Source: Nitrospirota bacterium (GTDB taxonomy: Bacteria > Nitrospirota > UBA9217). Taken from it: DNA of 13,237 bases. Positions 1-7,248 of this stretch are shown here, one piece after another. The position numbers and the translations under genes were made by a program. Numbering within the stretch: the first letter of the stretch is position 1; every line of letters starts with the position of its first letter. The notes beneath the pieces are model-generated. The model was not told where the DNA came from and searched no databases. It was given only the letters and a program-made list of their open reading frames with translations. Location of the stretch: the NCBI GenBank assembly GCA_035623825.1, contig DASPSR010000043.1, forward strand, positions 1 through 13,237, given 5' to 3'.

Positions 1-252
1 CCATTCCTTGACGGATATTTGAAAATCTATCTTCTCGTTCCCGTTGTTGATGACGGAGAATGCGCCGCTCTTTGCACCGCCGCCCAGGTCCAGGGACGTC
101 GGCTGTATCTGAAAGTCCGCGGCAAATGCCGGGGGGATGAAGACCGCCATGATCAGCAGTCCGGCCAGCAACCGAACGCCCTTTTTTAACGGCGCCATGC
201 GCCCCGGGCGAAACCCGGTTGACAGCCTGCGGTCACAACAATTTTTTTCCAT
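1..252 (-). CDS. Fimbrial/pilus assembly chaperone (PapD/CsuC-like), 5' part only; runs off the window edge
   Basis: Not in the ORF track; translated by hand from ATG 252 (CAGGAG SD at 260-265; alternative ATG 198): MEKNCCDRRLSTGFRPGRMAPLKKGVRLLAGLLIMAVFIPPAFA-ADFQIQPTSLDLGGGAKSGAFSVINNGNEKIDFQISVKEW. Signal peptide ending AFA, then the chaperone pattern F-x-I-x-P-x-x-L-x-L...N-x-G...Q-I-x-V-x-x-W; lies directly downstream of an SCPU pilin. Confidence 0.85.
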   Translation of the reverse strand, partial: MEKNCCDRRLSTGFRPGRMAPLKKGVRLLAGLLIMAVFIPPAFAADFQIQPTSLDLGGGAKSGAFSVINNGNEKIDFQISVKEW

Positions 253-358
253 TATGCGACTCCTGCCATGTGGTTTTCAGCAACTCATGTCATTGCGGAC
301 CAAAAGCGTTTGATGACCTCCACATGCCCAAAGCGTGCAGACGTTCGTATGTCGCCCC

Positions 359-1097
359 TCAATACGTGATCATAACGGTAATGGTATCGGAATGAGCGCC
401 CGCCTTCGCATTCTGGTACGATGTTTGTGGGATCGAGATGCCAACAGGGATCGATACCGACGACGAGAACCCGCTGCCCGTCATGTTCGCCGGACAGCTT
501 GTGATCGTGTACGCAATGGGGTCTGTCACGCCGTCGTTGCCGATCGTCAGCTTGTTTGCGTGCCCCGATGAGCAGGCGACCGCATGCACAGCGTTCATGG
601 TGCACTTCACCGACGGCGATGTGCCGTTGGCGGTCGTGCTCGGGGTGAAGGTCCCTGAGCCCGACGGATCGATGGTGAAAGACATTGAGCCGGCTGCAGC
701 AGAAGTGCATGAGTCATTGACGGTCACGCTCACGCTGTTTATCGGCAACGTTGCCGTAATAGGGGATCCCGGTCCCCCCCACGTCACGGTAATCGTAATA
801 GTAGAGCCATTCGAGTAAGTCCCAGCGGGGGCATTTTGGTAGTCCGCTTGCGCTATCTGGCTCGCAGTAGCACCGCTCGGGATCAGCAGATTAACCGCCG
901 CGCCGGCATATGTGGCACTGGGAGCGATCCCGGGCGTATACGCTATGCTGTTCGCCCCAGATTGCAATGTCCACCCGCTCGCAGGAGCCACCGTAACGGT
1001 GTACGCATTGTTCTTGGTACATGTAAATTGCATAGGACACATTTACCGCGCCCATCATTATCAGGAAACTCACTGGCAGGATATATATTATTTTCAT
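359..1097 (-). pseudogene. Two-domain spore-coat-U (SCPU/Csu-type) pilin or tip adhesin, apparently disrupted by an internal frameshifting deletion
   Basis: ORF 359..1042 has two SCPU-like halves (FTCTKN..YQNAPAGTYS..TITITVTW and VKCTMN..YQNAKAGAHSDTITVMITY) but no signal peptide. A signal peptide MKIIYILPVSFLIMMGAVNVSYA (1097-1029) lies in a different frame. Domain 1 lacks the N-terminal segment with the first Cys that domain 2 has. Confidence 0.75.
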
Positions 1098-1126
1098 ATG
1101 TCGTAGCGACATATCTTTTATACTCG

Positions 1127-1155
1127 ATTATAAGAAAACAAGCAGATTATTGCAA
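1127..1155 (-). promoter_or_regulatory. Sigma70-type promoter for the pilus operon
   Basis: Minus strand TTGCAA (1155-1150), 17 nt spacer, TATAAT (1132-1127); predicted start about 1120, just upstream of ATG 1097. Confidence 0.65.
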
Positions 1156-1209
1156 TATTAATTTGCATATTAAAAAGGGTGCACCAGTCATTCCGGGGAA
1201 AATGAACGC

Positions 1210-1237
1210 TTGCAATTTCGAGTGAAATAGTTATAAT
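1210..1237 (+). promoter_or_regulatory. Sigma70-type promoter for rbp-rpsU
   Basis: TTGCAA (1210-1215), 16 nt spacer, TATAAT (1232-1237); implies a leader of about 260 nt. Confidence 0.5.
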
Positions 1238-1504
1238 ATAATTACGTGCCATAATCAGCAAGGCGATTCCGTTAAGACCAAGACTTCGTTTTCGCCTTAT
1301 CATCAGTCACTGACCTCTCCTGCTCTTACACTTTCTCACGAAATAAGACAGCATGCCTGGTTGGCGAACGATGTGGCTCTGCTGGTCATCCACGAAAAGT
1401 CCGAGCTTCGCTTTTCAGGGGAGCGTGCGTGCCCGGGGTGAAGGGGCAAACACGCTGTGCTGCAACAACCGTTAGCGCAAAGTTTAAATCACAAAGGAGG
1501 CATC

Positions 1505-1843
1505 ATGGCAAAGAAACTTTATGTAGGAAATCTGTCGTACCAGACCCACGACGAGGATTTACGGGAGGCATTCTCGAAGATCGGCGAAGTGCTGTCCGTC
1601 ACGTTGATCACTGATCAGGCAACGGGCAGGTCAAAGGGGTTCGGGTTCGTGGAGATGGCGTCGGATGAGGACGCGGACAAGGCGATCTCGACCATGAACG
1701 GCACGTCGTTCATGGATCGTACGATCACGGTGAATGAGGCCCGGCCGAAGACGGAGCGCGGGCGCTCGGGGCCCGGCGGTGGTGGTGGCGGTAGGGGTAA
1801 ACGCGGCGGCTACGGCGGCGGAGGGGGTCGGTCGTGGAGGTAA
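1505..1843 (+). CDS. RRM (RNP-1) RNA-binding protein with Gly/Arg-rich tail (RbpA-like)
   Basis: RNP2 LYVGNL and RNP1 KGFGFVEM, C-terminal GGGGRG repeats; SD AAGGAGG at 1494-1500 before ATG 1505. Confidence 0.97.
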   Translation: MAKKLYVGNLSYQTHDEDLREAFSKIGEVLSVTLITDQATGRSKGFGFVEMASDEDADKAISTMNGTSFMDRTITVNEARPKTERGRSGPGGGGGGRGKRGGYGGGGGRSWR

Positions 1844-2097
1844 GAGTTCTTTCCGGGGACCTCGAAAAGGCACTTCGTTCGCTGAAAAAGAAACTCCAAC
1901 TTGACGGTATTGTTGGAGAGCTGAAAAAGCGGCGTTTTTACGAAAAGCCATCGGTGAAAAAAAAGAGAAAGCAGTTGGAAGCGCAGAAGCGAAAACGGAA
2001 ACTGCTCAGGCGTCCGCACCCAGCCGGTTCGGCGCCGAGACCGGGAAACCGCAACGCAGTAAATCCGGCGGGTCTAAGAACCACACCTAAAGAATGA
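1834..2097 (+). CDS. rpsU: 30S ribosomal protein bS21 with C-terminal extension
   Basis: V..GDLEKALRSLKKK...G...ELKKRRFYEKPSVKKKRK is the bS21 signature; GTG start overlaps the rbp 3' end by 10 nt. Confidence 0.95.
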   Translation: MEVRVLSGDLEKALRSLKKKLQLDGIVGELKKRRFYEKPSVKKKRKQLEAQKRKRKLLRRPHPAGSAPRPGNRNAVNPAGLRTTPKE

Positions 2098-2133
2098 AGG
2101 GATGACCGAAATAGTCCGAAGTCGGAATAGGAC

Positions 2134-2172
2134 AAAAAAATGCCGCAAAGTCGGACTGTCTTTGCGGTTTTT
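2134..2172. terminator. Bidirectional intrinsic terminator
   Basis: A7, stem CCGCAAAG (2143-2150) / CTTTGCGG (2160-2167), T5; lies between convergent genes. Confidence 0.8.
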
Positions 2173-2310
2173 CTACAAGAACATCAGGGACCTCTGACAG
2201 CGTAACGTCCGTTCATGCCTGAATGTCAAGCTTTGTTATTGTACACTCTCGACATTTCCCCGCAGTGGAACGTCCCAAATCAAATTCCTATCTTCCGTTA
2301 ATAATGCACC

Positions 2311-2943
2311 TCACCACCGGGTGACAAGCAGCGTGCGCCGCTCCCCGTTCTCCGCCGCCTGCTCCACCTGCGTTCCGCATCCCTCGCCGTACACCCGCTC
2401 GAGCGCCTCCACAAAGCCTGGGCTCAGATTGCGCGAACCCCGTGCTTTCCGTGCATTACAGCTGAACAGAAATGCGTCATTGATCATGGCTAAAACCTCG
2501 TCGCCATCTGAGAAGTGCATGGGCCAGAGCAGGCAGACTTTCGGCTTCACCTCCTCCAGAGGCAGGCCGAACGTCACGGCGACGGTGTGCAGGGAACAGC
2601 GGATCCTGCCATGGGACCGATAGGCAAAAAGGCAGAGGCCGTCGTCATCCGTATCGATGGAAAAAAGATTGGGCTCCTCTTGCTCGAAGACGTTGTCGTA
2701 TCCTCGCGTAGTCAGAAGGTTGGGGCTAAACTTGGCAGCCTCGGGCAGGACCTTGATAATCCTCTTCATCTCCGCGGTTGTGACGCAGACCTCGTACGAC
2801 GAGCAGCAACATCGTTCGCCCTTGGTGCAGCCGTTGCATCGGTTCTCGAGCAACACCAGCGACTCGACATCGACCTCCACGCTGCTGCGCTGGTGCTGCG
2901 GCGGCCGCTTCTGACGGAAATTTTTAGATCCCTGCGATCGCAT
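2311..2943 (-). CDS. Cys-rich putative Fe-S/Zn cluster protein (DUF3109 / YkgJ CxxCxxCC-like)
   Basis: CNGCTKGERCCC, CLF, CSLH and KPKVCLLWP motifs; ATG 2943 preceded by GAGG is preferred over GTG 2970. Confidence 0.7.
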   Translation of the reverse strand: MRSQGSKNFRQKRPPQHQRSSVEVDVESLVLLENRCNGCTKGERCCCSSYEVCVTTAEMKRIIKVLPEAAKFSPNLLTTRGYDNVFEQEEPNLFSIDTDDDGLCLFAYRSHGRIRCSLHTVAVTFGLPLEEVKPKVCLLWPMHFSDGDEVLAMINDAFLFSCNARKARGSRNLSPGFVEALERVYGEGCGTQVEQAAENGERRTLLVTRW

Positions 2944-3016
2944 ATGCCTCAAGGCAGGAGACGGCCTCACTACATAAATGATCAGGTTACCAACAGATAA
3001 TATAAAATCCTATACG

Positions 3017-3045
3017 AATATACGTCTTAATAGGCGCCATGTCAA
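3017..3045 (-). promoter_or_regulatory. Sigma70 promoter for the Cys-rich gene
   Basis: Minus strand TTGACA (3045-3040), 17 nt spacer, TATATT (3022-3017). Confidence 0.7.
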
Positions 3046-3119
3046 TCGCAACGATGTTTCTTGGATATGTTCTTTTTTCAAAATACTTGTTCGCCACGGG
3101 CGCAATACGATGCCACTCC

Positions 3120-3686
3120 CTAGAAATGATACGCCAAGCCGGCCTGCAGTGTGAAGTAGTCGTCGGTTATAAGGTGCCACCTGGCGTCGGCGACAAAGCT
3201 CAGGCTCGGATTAAGCTTTATTTCTATTCCTGCACCGGGGACGAATCCCAAATGAGTATCGCTCTCCGAGGATGTGCCGGGGAACGGGAAGTTCGATACT
3301 TCCACCGTATCAAAGCTTACTTCCAGCATTCCCTGTACGAAAACCTTCAGATTGCCGCTTTGGGTCGGAAGAAAGAACCGTCCGCCGATGTCAACCGGTA
3401 CACGTTTGTACGTCACATCGGAGCCGAACTCGGTAGCGCTCCACTCAAAGTAGGAGAGCTCGACTCTGCCCTGAAGATTCTTGTTGATCTGGGAGAGCAT
3501 CGCTCCGAAGCCGAATGTGACGCCGACGCCAGTATCGAAGCCTGATGCGGGTGCCGATGCGACGGCGATCGAGCCGTCAACCTCCACATCCTGCGAGGAC
3601 GATGATCCCGCGGATTTAGCAAAGGCAGTGGCCGTTATGCTACATACTATTAAGGCCGCGAGCGTGATCAGTGCGAATCTTTTCAT
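3120..3686 (-). CDS. Small outer-membrane beta-barrel protein (OmpA/OmpW-like, 8-stranded)
   Basis: Signal peptide MKRFALITLAALIVCSITATAFA, alternating amphipathic strands, GAGIE motif, C-terminal GLAYHF (BAM-type terminal Phe); GGAGG SD. Confidence 0.9.
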   Translation of the reverse strand: MKRFALITLAALIVCSITATAFAKSAGSSSSQDVEVDGSIAVASAPASGFDTGVGVTFGFGAMLSQINKNLQGRVELSYFEWSATEFGSDVTYKRVPVDIGGRFFLPTQSGNLKVFVQGMLEVSFDTVEVSNFPFPGTSSESDTHLGFVPGAGIEIKLNPSLSFVADARWHLITDDYFTLQAGLAYHF

Positions 3687-3804
3687 TCTTGACCTCCTTA
3701 ATTGGTTTGAAACTTCGCAATGAATTCTTCGGGTGAATCATAAGTTATTCATACTTTCAGATAATTCAAAAAACCGTTAGATTATCGAAGCTCATGCAGG
3801 TTGG

Positions 3805-3850
3805 AGTATAAAAGACCTCCCGGTCTTAATCTGTGATTATGGTTACATTT
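3805..3850 (-). promoter_or_regulatory. CRP/FNR-family box and -10 element (class II promoter geometry) upstream of the beta-barrel gene
   Basis: TGTGA-N6-TTACA at 3832-3847 (1 mismatch to TGTGA-N6-TCACA); minus-strand -10 TATACT at 3810-3805 places the box centre at -41.5. Confidence 0.6.
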
Positions 3851-4031
3851 TTAAAACGTTCCGAATAGATCATAAGCTCGACCTTGGAATCTGTCCGGCG
3901 CCTGACCTATTGTTACTGTTCAGATGTTCAAAGCTTGACCCTGCGGCCTCGCGAGGTGCTATATTAATAGTGTGGGTGAAATAAAGTAATGTCTTTTGCC
4001 ATGCAGAGACGGCTCTGGAAGGAGGTGCACT

Positions 4032-4265
4032 ATGGCAGTAAAAGCGTATGTTCTTATCGAGGCTGGCCCTGGGGCATCGCGGGATGTTGCCGCAAGAGCA
4101 AAGAAAATTAAGGGGGTAAAATCCGTTTCCGTTGTGACGGGCCCACATGATGTGATTGCTGTTGTGGAGACGGCTGACGCGAAGGCACTCGGCGACCTTC
4201 TGATCACCAAAATTCAGAAGATCGCAGGCATCGCAGGGACGATCACAGACGTCGTAATCGATTGA
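4032..4265 (+). CDS. Stand-alone Lrp/AsnC ligand-binding (RAM) domain protein
   Basis: VKAYVLI...V..VTGPHDVIAVVE...I.KIAGI..TIT; 77 aa, no HTH; SD AAGGAGGT at 4019-4026. Confidence 0.92.
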   Translation: MAVKAYVLIEAGPGASRDVAARAKKIKGVKSVSVVTGPHDVIAVVETADAKALGDLLITKIQKIAGIAGTITDVVID

Positions 4266-4296
4266 GCCAGGAGGAGCAAACAGACGACATGTCATG

Positions 4297-4329
4297 AAAA
4301 AGCCGCCGATCTTCGGTTGGGCGGCTTTA
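4297..4329. terminator. Bidirectional intrinsic terminator
   Basis: AAAGCCGCC (4299-4307) / GGCGGCTTT (4320-4328) around a CTTCGG loop, between convergent genes. Confidence 0.8.
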
Positions 4330-4340
4330 TCACCTTACCC

Positions 4341-4814
4341 CTATTTTCTCTGTTTCCTCGTCGCTTTCTTTTTCGCCTTCTTCGCTGCTCTTTTCCGCAC
4401 TGCCTTTTTCTCCGGCGCATGCCAATTCATGGGGATAGGCTCCAGCATGCTTATGCGGTTGCCCTCGGTGTCGATGAACGAGACATACTTTCCTACACCG
4501 GGGATTTCCATGGGGTCGCCCAGCACCCTTCCGCCCGCTGCGCTTACCCGCTCCATGGACTTTTTCACATCATTTACGGCGATGACGATTGAAGGATATT
4601 GAGCCGGCCAATCGGGCTTCTTCGGGTAAAAGCCTCCATTGATCTGACCGCGCTTTTTGGGGCCTGTTTTTGTCATTTCGGTCGTGGTTGCGAGAACATA
4701 ATTGCCCATCTCCTCGCCCAACATCCGCGTCTGCCAGCCAAAAGCTTTTTTATAGAACGTCGCCATCCGCTTACTGTCGTCATAGGGTATCTCAAAATGT
4801 ACGACCGGATCCAT
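4341..4814 (-). CDS. VOC (glyoxalase/bleomycin-resistance) family protein with Lys/Ala-rich C-terminal tail
   Basis: VVHFEIP...FY...FGW, GQINGG, GG.V...PMEIPGVG.Y..F.DTEGNRISMLE; GGAGG SD. Confidence 0.93.
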   Translation of the reverse strand: MDPVVHFEIPYDDSKRMATFYKKAFGWQTRMLGEEMGNYVLATTTEMTKTGPKKRGQINGGFYPKKPDWPAQYPSIVIAVNDVKKSMERVSAAGGRVLGDPMEIPGVGKYVSFIDTEGNRISMLEPIPMNWHAPEKKAVRKRAAKKAKKKATRKQRK

Positions 4815-5097
4815 ACACTACCTCCCTTTTCGTGGGAAATCATGCTGCTCAACTGCTATTTCTATTCTATCACCGCAAGGCGAAGCAAGCTCAGCTCTCA
4901 TGCCGTTTCCTTAGAATGGAGCGTTGATATTTTCGATTGATGTAAAAATCACTGTTTCAGGAAGCAACGCGCAGGCAAAGTTTCTATAAATAAGTCTCCA
5001 TCTGCCCACTTCCATCATACTTTTATCCCATTGACACTGGCATATAGTTGCGCTTTTATTAAACTATGAGAAGTTGTTTCAAGTAAGGAGAACTACC

Positions 5098-5649
5098 ATG
5101 GCAAAGCAAGAAGGCAAAATAGACATGCTGAAAATCATGGAAATATACACGAAAGTGGGAACTCCTGGAGAGCCTCATAAAATGCTGGCAAAACTGGAGG
5201 GAAGTTGGACCACCAGATCCAGGAGTTGGATGGAACCTGACAAGCCGCCCATAGAATCGACTGGCACGTGCGAACAGAAGCTGGTCCTTGCCGGGCATTA
5301 CCTGCAGCAGGATTACACCGGGGATATGATGGGCTTCCCGTTCACGGGCATCAACCTCCTGGGGCACAATAACCATACCGGAATGTATGAGTCGGTCTGG
5401 CTCGATTCGATGAGCACCGCCATCTACTATTTTGTGGGTGCTGCAAGCGCGGATGGGAGAACCATCACGCAGAAATGCTGCTATGACGACCCGGTCAGGG
5501 GACCCTCGGTCTGGCGCACTGTGACCAGGATCAGAGACGACAATACCGTGGAGTTTGAGATGTTCATTACGCCCGAGGGAGGCAACGAAGAAAAGATGAT
5601 GGAGATGACGATTGCAAGAAAGGGAGCCGTCACTCGTAAGGCAGCATAG
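5098..5649 (+). CDS. DUF1579 family protein
   Basis: PGEPHKMLAKLEGSW, GDMMGFPFTG, YESVWLDSMST motifs; SD AAGGAG before ATG 5098. Confidence 0.85.
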   Translation: MAKQEGKIDMLKIMEIYTKVGTPGEPHKMLAKLEGSWTTRSRSWMEPDKPPIESTGTCEQKLVLAGHYLQQDYTGDMMGFPFTGINLLGHNNHTGMYESVWLDSMSTAIYYFVGAASADGRTITQKCCYDDPVRGPSVWRTVTRIRDDNTVEFEMFITPEGGNEEKMMEMTIARKGAVTRKAA

Positions 5650-5660
5650 TCTGGCTGCTT

Positions 5661-5745
5661 TGAGGACGTTATTTCCTATCGATGCGGTGTTGCTTTCTTA
5701 CGTCAGTAATGAAAGCGACCAAAGAGGAATGAAATAACGTCCTCA
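5661..5745. repeat. 85-bp element with perfect 15-bp terminal inverted repeats and an internal hairpin
   Basis: TGAGGACGTTATTTC (5661-5675) / GAAATAACGTCCTCA (5731-5745); inner GTTGCTTTC/GAAAGCGAC and TTAC/GTAA stems. Confidence 0.8.
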
Positions 5746-5773
5746 TCGTCTATTTGTTGTTTGAGCACGTTTA

Positions 5774-6709
5774 TCAGTATTGTCGCCACTCCGTAGGAAC
5801 AGAATTCTCGCTTGCGTACCGGCTGAGCTTCTCAAGCAGCTTTTCGGCTTCTTTGCACTGAAAATCCGCGAAGGCCTTTTTTTTCAAATCTTCATTCCCG
5901 ACGGATTGCATGGAATCATGAATTTTCTTTTCGAGGGTTTCGCTATAAGCCTTCCATTTGGCACGCGAGTCAGCAAACTCCATAAAATGATTGGTCCACC
6001 ACTCTTGATCGTGACCGCCGGGATGGTCAGGATCGAGCGGAATTTCTTCGAAGACGACCACCATGCGTTTCGAATCAATGGTCACAGAATAATTGGAGAC
6101 AAAATCCAATCCGAGAAGTCCATCAAATGAATTGGAAATTGATTGTATTACTGTAGTGGGGATGAATTCGCCCTTCGCGCCTCCTGCATGAATACTGTCG
6201 ATAATCGATCGTACGGCAGGAGTCGTACCTCCGATTCCTCCCGCCCTAATGACTAACCTTCCCTGGTCCTCGTTGAAAAGCCCCAGTTTCTCCGCAAGTT
6301 TCACCGAGATCACCGTTTCTGGCGCTCCGGTGTCAATCGCCATGGGGGCAGTCACGGAGTCATTTAATACAACTGCAATTATCACCCGTTTAGCCGAGCC
6401 TTCGTAGGCCTTATACGGAACCTCGAATTTCTTTAATGGCTTTCTTTTGCTCTCTTCATTTGATGAGGGAAGTTTTGACGGATGCCCTTTGACAGATGGT
6501 TCCGAGGACGAATGTGCGTCGTCTATAAACACTTTTTTTTCGATCTGGTCTCGATACTTCTCGGGGACGTTTTGAAAGGAGTCAGAAAAATGAAGATTCC
6601 CATTCTCGTCTGTCCATTTGTAATAGTCGGCTGAAGAGCTGAAAGAACAGAGGGAAAAGAAAATTGCTCCTGCGATTAAACCAACGGACGCCCGACAATT
6701 AGAAAACAT
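5774..6709 (-). CDS. Exported DUF4124 + retropepsin-like aspartyl protease with helical C-terminal extension
   Basis: Signal peptide; YYKWTDENGNLHFSD..VPEKYR (DUF4124); catalytic IDTGA, GGIGG flap, DGLLGLDF. Confidence 0.9.
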   Translation of the reverse strand: MFSNCRASVGLIAGAIFFSLCSFSSSADYYKWTDENGNLHFSDSFQNVPEKYRDQIEKKVFIDDAHSSSEPSVKGHPSKLPSSNEESKRKPLKKFEVPYKAYEGSAKRVIIAVVLNDSVTAPMAIDTGAPETVISVKLAEKLGLFNEDQGRLVIRAGGIGGTTPAVRSIIDSIHAGGAKGEFIPTTVIQSISNSFDGLLGLDFVSNYSVTIDSKRMVVVFEEIPLDPDHPGGHDQEWWTNHFMEFADSRAKWKAYSETLEKKIHDSMQSVGNEDLKKKAFADFQCKEAEKLLEKLSRYASENSVPTEWRQY

Positions 6710-6788
6710 CGGTTCTCCTTAACTTACTAAAAACAATACAGAATTACGCGCTTCATTAAAAAACATTTTGTCGGATCAGGCAGTCTTC

Positions 6789-6815
6789 TTATCGGAATAT
6801 CATAGATAAACTTAA
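6789..6815 (-). promoter_or_regulatory. Sigma28 (FliA)-type promoter for the aspartyl protease
   Basis: Minus strand TTAAGTTT-N11-TCCGATAA versus consensus TAAAGTTT-N11-GCCGATAA (one mismatch per element). Confidence 0.7.
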
Positions 6816-7184
6816 AGAAATAAACTGCACGCGGACTAAAGTCGGGGCTCCGCGTGAAGGAGCAGAGACGATTTAACCATTGCTTCGCTCCGCGCGGCCT
6901 TCGTCACATGTCTTAAAAACTGGGATTTTCTGGCCAGGGTTATAAAGAAGGATTTAAAGAGTTTTTACAGGTGGATGGTAAAAGTTCTGGGCCGACTTAT
7001 GAGTTTTCACATCCGCAACTTTTGCGTAGTTCAAGTAGGATGAAATTTTGTTATAACTTACAAACGAAAATCATGACGCATCCAAAATGATGGTTTATCG
7101 AGGTTGCCTGAAAAGCCTATACTCACGTCTATGAAAAATGCGGAGCTGATTTCCGATCGCCAAACTTATACCAACTGAAATTGC

Positions 7185-7216
7185 CGTGGGGCGCTATTTT
7201 TTTACAGCGCCCCACG
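7185..7216 (-). terminator. GC-rich hairpin downstream of the lipoprotein gene (probable terminator or 3' stabiliser)
   Basis: CGTGGGGCGCT (7185-7195) / AGCGCCCCACG (7206-7216), 11-bp perfect stem; U-tract is weak. Confidence 0.55.
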
Positions 7217-7248
7217 CAGCTCATTATTTCAAGAAATCAGGTTCTTCC

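Noticed and set aside
1236-1252. Sigma54 promoter on the minus strand (TGGCACG)
   Set aside because: The -24 element is perfect but the -12 position reads TATA instead of TTGC.
1420-1460. Second GEMM riboswitch (contains GGGCAAAC)
   Set aside because: It lacks the GNRA-capped P2 and the GACGCAAAGC/GACGGAAAGC junction; kept only as a generic structured leader.
5031-5062. Sigma70 or sigma54 promoter for the DUF1579 gene
   Set aside because: TTGACA has no good -10 at 16-18 nt, and TGGCA..TTGC has GG-N9-GC spacing rather than the required N10.
285-5376. Alternate ORFs such as 285..710, 438..818, 2515..3000, 3039..3545, 3870..4295, 4294..4602 and 5059..5376
   Set aside because: They overlap better-supported genes on the other strand or frame and lack SD sites or domain motifs.
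6870-6945. Integron attC site (TAAC...GCTTCGCTCC...GTTA)
   Set aside because: No convincing R''/L''/L'/R' complementarity, no cassette array and no integrase.
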